Source: Haplodiscus bocki
Lineage: Eukaryota
NCBI GenBank assembly: GCA_965655095.1
Contig: OZ296656.1
Location: forward strand, 67,332,001-67,396,000
Reading direction: 5' to 3'
Length of the DNA stretch: 64,000 nucleotides
The translations under genes and the position numbers were made by a program. Shown here in pieces: positions 55,871 to 64,000 of this stretch (within the stretch, counting starts at the first letter, position 1; every line of letters starts with the position of its first letter). The notes beneath the pieces are model-generated. The model saw nothing but the letters and a program-made list of their open reading frames with translations. It ran no database searches and was not told the origin of the DNA.

Positions 55871-58509
55871 TTTCTCAAGTAAATAGATTTTTTTTAATTT
55901 CGTGTTGTTTCCATTCAAGAAATTTTCTTGAATGAAACTCTAGGATTCCTTAGGAGAGTTTTTGCATGATTACGTAACTGATCAAAAAAACAAGAACCGC
56001 AGTCTCATTTTGACAATTTCCGTCAATGTGGCGGATAAAAAATTGGTCGAACAAACAACAAATCTTTTTTACACATAAACCAAACTTGACCAAAAACATC
56101 TCGATGGAAACCTTGTCCAAAGCATTCAAGCCGATTGCTTTAGAGATTCAGTTTGAAAATCGACAGACTAACAAAATTAATTGAACTTTCTGCATGTTCA
56201 GTTTATCAATTTTCCAATCTAAAGAACAGAGTCAAAAGTTTTGTTCCTTCGAAGAAACATTCAAAAAAAATTCACCGTCCATTGAGACCTTGATGAACAA
56301 ATGGAAAAAAAGTCATTTTTGCAGAGGTCGATTTGGAATATCAAGAGAATTCAACAATTATAAGACTTTTGACACATTCGGTCAATCAGGATTGCAAGTC
56401 CAATATGAAAGACAAATCTGATGATTCTGAGAAAAAAACCACCATCTGCATCAAATAGAAAGGTATCGATTGATACGTTGAAGGGAAACTGGGGGAGCTA
56501 GAGCTGAAGAAATATGGGATTGATTTTCGAGGCATGATTGGACCAACAGAACCATATGATATTTCTGGTCACTCAGAAATCCACTGAAAGGATGAACAGT
56601 AACATTGTTTGATTGACTAATGTAGCAAAAAAAGAAAAATAAAGATTGAAACCTTGAAAAAATAACTCAAAACGATGTTTTTGGAGAAAAACAAGTTTGA
56701 AAATCGAGTTCAGTTCAGATTATCAGATTGCAAGAATTTCTGGCCTTTCCAATTCTGAGATTTCAATGCAGCATGAGAGCTGATAGTGTCCTTACTCAAC
56801 TTTTCTTCAAAAAGAGGGAATTTTCGATTGCGACTTTCGGTGGAAAAAGTCGAGCCTGTAGTTATGGAGGTACATGAATTTAAAGGAAATGTTTCTTCGA
56901 TGTTCGGATTTTTCTTGGCACTCTCAGATCATCAGGGTTGCGACACAAGGAACGAAATCAATATTGATCAAAGCAAGTAGTCTAGCAAAAATCCTAAAAT
57001 TGAGGTTTTGCAACTAGAGTTCAAGTCAATAGTTATGGAGAACTAATAGTTGGAATTGTTTTCAAAAAGTTTGAAAATCATTAACATTTGTTTGGCGTTC
57101 CTGAAATAACAAAATTCCGAAATAAGAAACAAAATGTTTGCTTTTACCTGCCAAATTAACTTTTTAGCTGATGGTCCGTCATTTTAGATTATAGTGATGG
57201 AAATTAAGCAGGTGATTAGGGAGAAAATAAATTGTATATAATGATGAATCAAAACCAATAGTGGCATTTGGAAAGTTCAGACTATCACAACTCAATTTTC
57301 ACAAATAAAGGAACTCAAAAAGCAACTTCTAAGTCTAATGCTCCGCCGCAACTTTTAATTGTTCGATTGAGACCTTGACAACAAAATAGGACTGTAGTTT
57401 CAGGAAAAGTTGAGATTGAATATGGAGATGAATCAAAATTGTTAGCACATTAGGATTATTCGGACAATCAAAACTCTGAGTAAGGATCAAAACGATTTAT
57501 TACCTAATTGAGAATCTTTGCAAAGGTTTGAAACTTTTGATTGAGATCTTGCCGGAAGAAATTAGGCCTATATTTGCAAAGAAATATGAGATGGAATTTC
57601 GACCTAAGTCAACTAAAAATTTTTCGATTTCTGGGGGTGGCCGGACTTTGATGCGAAAAAGTAGTTGACTAAATTTTGAATCGAGTCTTTTTCCAAGTTT
57701 AAGTTTGCTGATTGTGACCCTCATGAAGGCAATCAAAATTGTAGTTACGAAGAAACACCATTTCGATAATCCGGCTCAATCGTTTTTATTGAAAATTTTC
57801 TGAAAACTTTGGACTATCAAGATTTTGATGCAAGTATCAATATCAACGGTTTTTCAATCAAAACATTCTCTACAGGAGTAAAACTTTCAATTGAGATTGT
57901 GATTGATGACTCAAACCAGGATTTGCTGAGGAAATTTAGTTTGAATTTTGAGATATATCAATTTTGATGACAGAATTTTCGGACTATGAGGGCTGTGACG
58001 CAAGACACAAAACCTCCAATTTTTCAAAGTAGTACTCTTGCACAGGTAGAAAGATTCTGATTGAGGTTTAAATGAGTGAAGTGAGCCTTGTATTCTTAGA
58101 AAAAATTGCAACATAGAGGAAATTGAAAAAAAAATTGCGCTTCTCGGTATTCCCTCAATATGGGGAAGAAAAGCATGCTGCAGTAGAAATATTTTTGAAG
58201 TCACATCGCATTTTCTAACCCCGGAGGTAAACTAGGGTAATGAGAAAAAGTTTATACGCAAAAACTGAAAAAAATTTCAAATTTTTTACATTTTTAGTTG
58301 ATTTGTTGACCGATTTATGAACGTTTAACGTTTTTCGGCTTTTTGGAAATTCAAAAAAAAGTTTGTCACTTTTCTGAAAAATGCCGTTTTTCTTCAGTTG
58401 TGTCGGAAACTGGATAAATTTCGAAAAAAAATACTCCATTTATCAAAAAACCCTAAATATTGTAGAAAAAACTTTGTTTTTTGGTATTGAAAAATAAGAA
58501 AATTTTTAC

Positions 58510-58765
58510 AAGTATCTAAAAACAAGTAAAAAAATATGGAGCATAGCGGGATGCGAACCCGCCTTTTTTGGCTTCCTAATCGCGGTGACACCCACTTATT
58601 TGTATTAATCAAGGTACTAACGGCTCTGCAATAACGTCTGCGCGTCATGGGCAGTTTCAGGAAAAGTAAAAAAAATGCAGACTACTGAATTGGATATTTT
58701 CCTTTCGAAAAATTTTTTTAAGGGAAAATAATAAAAATTAAAATGTGGTCGAAAAAAATTTCGAG
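58510..58765. repeat. Interspersed repeat, copy 2, with a tRNA T-arm/B-box-like hairpin on the minus strand
   Basis: Homology to 55620-55870. Minus strand reads GCGGG-TTCGCAT-CCCGC at 58546-58562. Confidence 0.8.
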
Positions 58766-59049
58766 TACCAGAATATTGATTTTTGTACTAATTTTGTTAA
58801 TGATTATTTTTTTAAAAAAAAGTTTGTTGTTATACTTAATGGCCAATATTTGAAATCTTTATACTACTTTGCAAAATGACTAAAACTGAAAATGTTAATC
58901 ACCCACCTTATTTGGAATTTTTCTTCAGTCAAAAATATTCTAATAATTGGATCAAACTTTTTCTACATTTTTTTTCGAAAATTGTGACTTCAAAAACATT
59001 GGGTTCTGAAAATTAATGAGTCGTTTTGCCACATTCCTTCTTTTGTACT

Positions 59050-61078
59050 ATGTGTGTACTGTGTTCAAATGTTAAGTAAACTATGGAACTTCTCCTCATT
59101 TCTTGAGAAATTGGGCTGGATTTCATCTAACTCCCCCCAGCTAACCCCCAGCATTCGGTACCCTAATTGTCAATCAGGACTGGCAGTTCGGCCAGAACAG
59201 AATTTAGGAGTAACCCAAGAAGTTAAAATTAATAACAAACAATTTTTTTTCAGCGCTGCAATCCTCCTTCTTGCTTTGGGCGCCTTGGCTGAAGAAACCA
59301 ATTGGTGCTCCTCTTCAAACACGCATTCACTCCCATTGAACCAAGCTGGTGTTCAGTTGCATGTCCTAGTACCAAAGGGCATTGTTTTCACCTGGGACAG
59401 TGTGCCATCAGGCAACCAAATGAACATAGAGGTCTCCGAACATATTTCCTTGTCTACCCAAAAAATTGCCGGAAATGTTACAATCACGCCGGAAATGGTT
59501 TTCGTGGTTGGTATTTCAATTTCATGGACGTTTGTGCTATCATATTGTAATTCGCCTTCTGTTCACGTGAGATTCCCCATGAAGTTCATTTCCGAAGTTT
59601 GCATTAATGAGGAGAACTGCATCCCTACCACGTGCGACCTTGGTTTTTTTTCGCTGGAATTTGGTGATTACAGCAAAGTCAGTGCTTCTAACAAAAACTT
59701 TTTCGAGGATAACGATTGTAAGCTGAAAAAACCAGCTTTTTGGGACCAATGGGTATCATATCATTTCAATTTCAATACTTCGGACGAAGAGTTCTACTAC
59801 ATTGATTCCGACAATGATGGATTAATTAACATTTTGGAGTATTATTCTAACGGGTCTACACCAGAACAAAGCACAGAAAGTGTCGGAGGATTACCTCCCT
59901 CAATGGCCACGATTGGATCGAACCCGTTGAATCCAGACTCAGATAGCGATCTCCTTCTGGATGGTTTCGAAGCCTTTTTTGGATTGTCCCCTATTGAAGC
60001 TGATGATAGTTCTGCAGATGCTGACAACGACAGTTTGACCAACTTGCAAGAGCAAATATTTGGATCTGATCCCTTTAATAAAGACAGTGATGGGGATGGA
60101 GTTACGGACGGCATTGAGGCTGAGGAACAAGGAACTTTCAAAGACTTTGCGATGATAAGACTAACGATTGGGGATCCAACTAGTTCTGAGAAATACATTT
60201 TGCATGCAGGGGATATTTCCCATCATTCTCCGGGTTTTGGCGTTGTTGGAAGCGGTACCTACAAGTTTGGAGCAGGCAGATATGCCATAACTGTCCAATG
60301 GGTGGCTTCGATCTATTCAACTCCTGATTATGATTACACTGCCGAGGTTTCAAAGGAAAGTGGAGAAGCGACAGTTATTATCGAAGATCCCAATAATATT
60401 TTGGGAACATTTTATGACAGTTATTTTGACCGCACTGTCGGTAAAGAAGCAACACTGATAGTTGAAGGCGAATGCTCAGACGAGGCATCGGATGAAATTT
60501 ATTGTATTGATACGTGTGAAGAATGTCAATCATCGCCTTTTCGAATATGGAACAGTTATCGTGATCGATGCCAACCGTATTCTAATATTAGCATTCCGGA
60601 TTCTTATTGCCCATGCACGAAATGCGAAAAATGGTACCAGGAGGAGCTGGCAGACCGTCATTGGCTAGAAGACCTGAACTCGGAGAGACCGTGTCCCTGC
60701 CAGGCAAGGTCCGATGGAAGCGGTTTGACAAGTGCAAACGAAATGAGCGAAATTAATTGGAGATATGACTGGGTTTGCCGACACAACTCGAAACCATCGT
60801 GCTCAGATTATCATCCCGGAGCTTTCGGGTGTATGAAAGCTGACTGGAAGTCTTACAGGCAACAGTGTTGTTACGACACGAGTCTGAATTGGATAACGTC
60901 TGCGTCTCCAGGCGCTGGAACACCTAACAAAGAAAATTTTCTGCCACTTCACGTCACCGAGGATGTTTTTCCCTTCAAATGGTGTTGTAAACAATGCAAA
61001 GATCAAAAGTACTGTGATTATTATCTTGGCCAAGAAGGTGTGCGTACTGGTCCAACCACCTGCAGCAATGATGCTTAA
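59050..61078 (+). CDS. Secreted protein: signal peptide, Cys-containing N-domain, 4 TSP3-like Ca2+-binding repeats, beta-rich domain, Cys linker, AMOP domain. Proposed exons 59050-59075 + 59254-61078 (616 aa).
   Basis: Only long stop-free frame in the window (674 codons). Hydrophobic AAILLLALGALA-EE follows a ttttttttcag acceptor. Repeats DSDNDGLINILEY, DSDSDLLLDGFE, DADNDSLTNLQEQ, DSDGDGVTDGIE (59804-60125). AMOP signature C..W...CPC...C..YHPGA..C...QQCCYD...GAGTP...H..EDV.P..WCC...C.YY...R...C (60623-61066). The first exon is inferred. Confidence 0.9.
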
Positions 61079-63206
61079 AAGTCCAAACTCATTCTGTCTG
61101 GTGACCCCTTTTGACATGGGATAAGTGAGCTTGCTTGTAATTTTCAGTAAAAAAGCTGCGCAGTTGCTAATTTTTGTCTATTCAGGGACTTATTGTGTTT
61201 TCTAATTTGTGCATCATCGAATTTTTCTGGTAACTTAAAGCATCTTTTGAATGGCATGAGGAAACCAGTAAAAAGGAATAATGGCAGTTATTTTGGCAAC
61301 GGAAGCGTCATCGCACTTTCTAGGCTAAGTAATCCCCCATTTCTTTTGAAAACACATGTGCTATAAAACAAGTATTGATACGCATTTTTGCGAACAATGA
61401 AAAGAGCAAATCATCTGATTGGATGTAACATTCCTTTGATGAATCAATATATACTTCACTTTGATTATTTTCAATCGAAATATTTGCCCAGTTAGTTTCT
61501 AATTTTTATTTGAAAAAGTTGCCTTGAAATTTGTAAAAATAAATTTTGCAGAAAATGGAATGCATAAACTTTGCAGAAAATGGAATTTTGGAAGAAAATA
61601 GTATGGTCCTAAAAGAAATTAAAAATGATCGAAATCGAATTTTTTCGGCGTATTCGAACATTTTAAGCAATATTGAGTGCCGGTATCATCTATGCTTTGT
61701 GTACAGTAGTGATTTTAATTATTGCGACTCATTTACGCTTTACAAAATCCTAAGTGGAGAAGTAAAAAATAGGAGATCAGAGTAAACAAAGGAACTCTGA
61801 GAAAGCTCATTAAAACGGCTACCACATGGTTATTTTATTTGCCAAAACAAGTACTTCAAAGAGGTAGAAAATCGTATCCCAAAGTTGAGTAAATAAACCA
61901 TGCAAGCATTGCGAATATTGACTAATTTTGGCAGTTTTCGGAAGAAATCTTGACAATGACACAAAATAGCGAGAAACAAACTACATAATTTGTTAGTTAT
62001 GGTTATTCCACAGAGCTTCTATCTTTAACACTTTCTTCACAACTTTGAATTTTCAGAAGAAATTGCAAAAAGTAAAAGTATAATTTTAACATCCTATTTT
62101 AATACATTGATTTTCAAATTTAATAGATTCAAGATAAGTTTTCAAGTAGTTTTTGAAAACTTTTCCGCCGACAGATGATACCAACTATTGCAGAAACATC
62201 AGAGGCATCTATTGATGAAATAAAATTCCATAATAATTTTTTTAACGGTATGAAATTCTCGAAAGAATGGAAAATTTGATCAAAAACACATTTTCTAGTT
62301 TTTGCTCTATTCATTGGAAATTTTCAAACAAACACCATTATAATCTCCTGAAAATTCTAAGAATATTTTGTTTCTGGTAATTTTGTCCAAAATGATTATT
62401 CCCGGAGTTATTCGTGCTTAAAGTTGACTTATGCATTAAAGTTGTCGCATTAATTAAAAACACTACTGTACAGTTTAATATAAAATTGCAAATACTTGCT
62501 TTATTTCGCAAATTTCAACAGTGGGTATGAGAACTTTTTATTGATTTGTTTTGTTAGTGATCTTTTTTGACCGCAAACATACAGCAGAATGGCTACGCTA
62601 TACATTCAAAATTTTATGGTGCTCTTCTAAAATGTTTTTTATGCACAAATTGATTGCACTATCGGTTGAAGTGTTTTGTATCTTGTTACAAGACTTTTTC
62701 CTGCATTTAGAGCCCCTTAGTTATGTTTGGTAGGAAGTGTTCGGACATAGGAAAATTGAATTGAAAGTTGAAGAATTTATTTTATTGGATGTTATCAAAT
62801 AGTGTCAAGATTTTTTCCTAAAATATTTAACTTATTAACCCAACATCCTGATAGGACGAGGATTGAATTTCATAAATCTTCAAGTCCCAGCCTTCAATAA
62901 ACTATTCCTTTGTTAGACCTGCAGATACGACATGCAAAATGCATGCATGCATGCAGCCAAAGTTGCAAAACATGGAAAATTCAGACATTTAGAATACATG
63001 CAGTTTGAATAATTTCGCTGCAGCAGCAAAAAATTGATCCAGATGTATGTCAAGGTATTTTAGAAAACGCAAAGGTTCTCGCACCTCGATTGACTCAATC
63101 ACTACCACTTCAGAGTTGCCCACATTTGCTAGTTCATTGAAGCTTTGATCGTTAAGCTATTAATTTCTAGCATGTGACTCGACCTGTGTATTTATTAACT
63201 TAATCT

Positions 63207-63800
63207 GTATTATTGTTTTTCGCCGCATATGTAATATGCAAGAAAAAATATTCATTCAGAAGTGTCGTTTTTCTTTTTTTTCGGACCAAAATTGCCAACT
63301 CTTCTAATTCAAAAATAAATGAAAGCATTTGGGTTAGGACAACAGGGTTCTCAAACGGTAGGTTCGGGGTTCGAGTCTTTCTCGTGTCAAATAATGTTAC
63401 GATTTATCCTTAACAATTTTCGATACCCGAAATTCGTGAAACACTAAATGGTTCCTTTACGAAATATTCGGCATTGTGAGACAAAAAAGAGTCGATGAAA
63501 GATTGTGATTCACGCCCCCTCTCTTATCCCTAACATATTCCGATACCTGAAATTAATGAAACACAAAAGGATTCCCCTACGAAATTTTTGGGCACTGTGA
63601 GACAAGTATTTTTTCAACAGAAAATCGTGAGACCCTTTTGCACAAATTACAGAAATCACTGGTGGAATTGATGTTTGTAAAAACTCTTTGAAAGCAAAAT
63701 GCAAAACAGTAGTTTTGTTTTTAACCGTTTGCAAAAGTTGATCAAAATATTTGTAGTCGGGCGAAAAAATGCCGGTGCTAGCCGGCCGTTTTGTTTCTAG
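63207..63800 (+). mobile_element. Non-autonomous Helentron-like (HINE/DINE-type) element
   Basis: Sub-terminal IR tttttcgcc (63216-63224) and ggcgaaaaa (63760-63768). Hairpin GCCGG-tgctag-CCGGC (63771-63786), then ttgtttCTAG. Internal direct repeats tacgaaa...ggca.tgtgagacaa. Confidence 0.7.
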
Positions 63801-64000
63801 TCTCTTGCGCAACAACGATGTAAAGTTGTCAGTCACTTGTAATACTATTTAGGCTGCATCCAAAAACTTGAAAAGCTGTATTCATTTTTCGTCTGCATAA
63901 TTTTGAACGCAAATGACCAGAACCCGCTTAATTTTTTGAAATTCATTAAAAAAACTTGAAACATATCACAGCAGCAGCCAAAATTTAGACAGGAGAATTC

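Noticed and set aside
52000-57500. Further Polinton-like fibre, PolB N-terminal and minor capsid fragments
   Set aside because: Impression of similarity only; no motif clear enough to give coordinates.
59054-59253. ORF-track start at 59054
   Set aside because: Non-ATG start; the region precedes a strong splice acceptor and is probably intronic.
59254-61078. Bacterial contaminant contig
   Set aside because: Contains a Cys-rich metazoan-type AMOP domain and a splice acceptor, and is contiguous with eukaryotic repeats; no operon context.
61500-63200. Short ORFs downstream of the AMOP gene
   Set aside because: No domain signature or consistent splice structure.

Overview
AT-rich eukaryotic (animal-like) genomic DNA with a 200-N scaffold gap at 47545-47744. 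Most of the window is a graveyard of heavily decayed, frameshifted mobile elements. These include several independent Polinton/Maverick-like (adintovirus-like) remnants (protein-primed PolB, retroviral-type integrase, packaging ATPase, capsid proteins), a decayed Gypsy-type pol, two related solo-LTR-like segments, a possible hAT transposase relic, one MITE, and at least three non-autonomous Helentron-like (HINE/DINE-type) elements. One of these three carries a tRNA-Ile-derived gene whose anticodon now reads AAA. Only one convincing intact protein gene is present (about 59050-61078, +). It encodes a predicted secreted protein with four bacterial-style TSP3-like Ca2+-binding repeats, an unnamed beta-rich domain and a C-terminal AMOP domain, almost all in one 1.8-kb exon. 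The repeat families resemble my recollection of acoel (Symsagittifera-like) genomes, but this is unverified. All family assignments come from motif recognition by eye, with no database search. Pseudogene boundaries are approximate.
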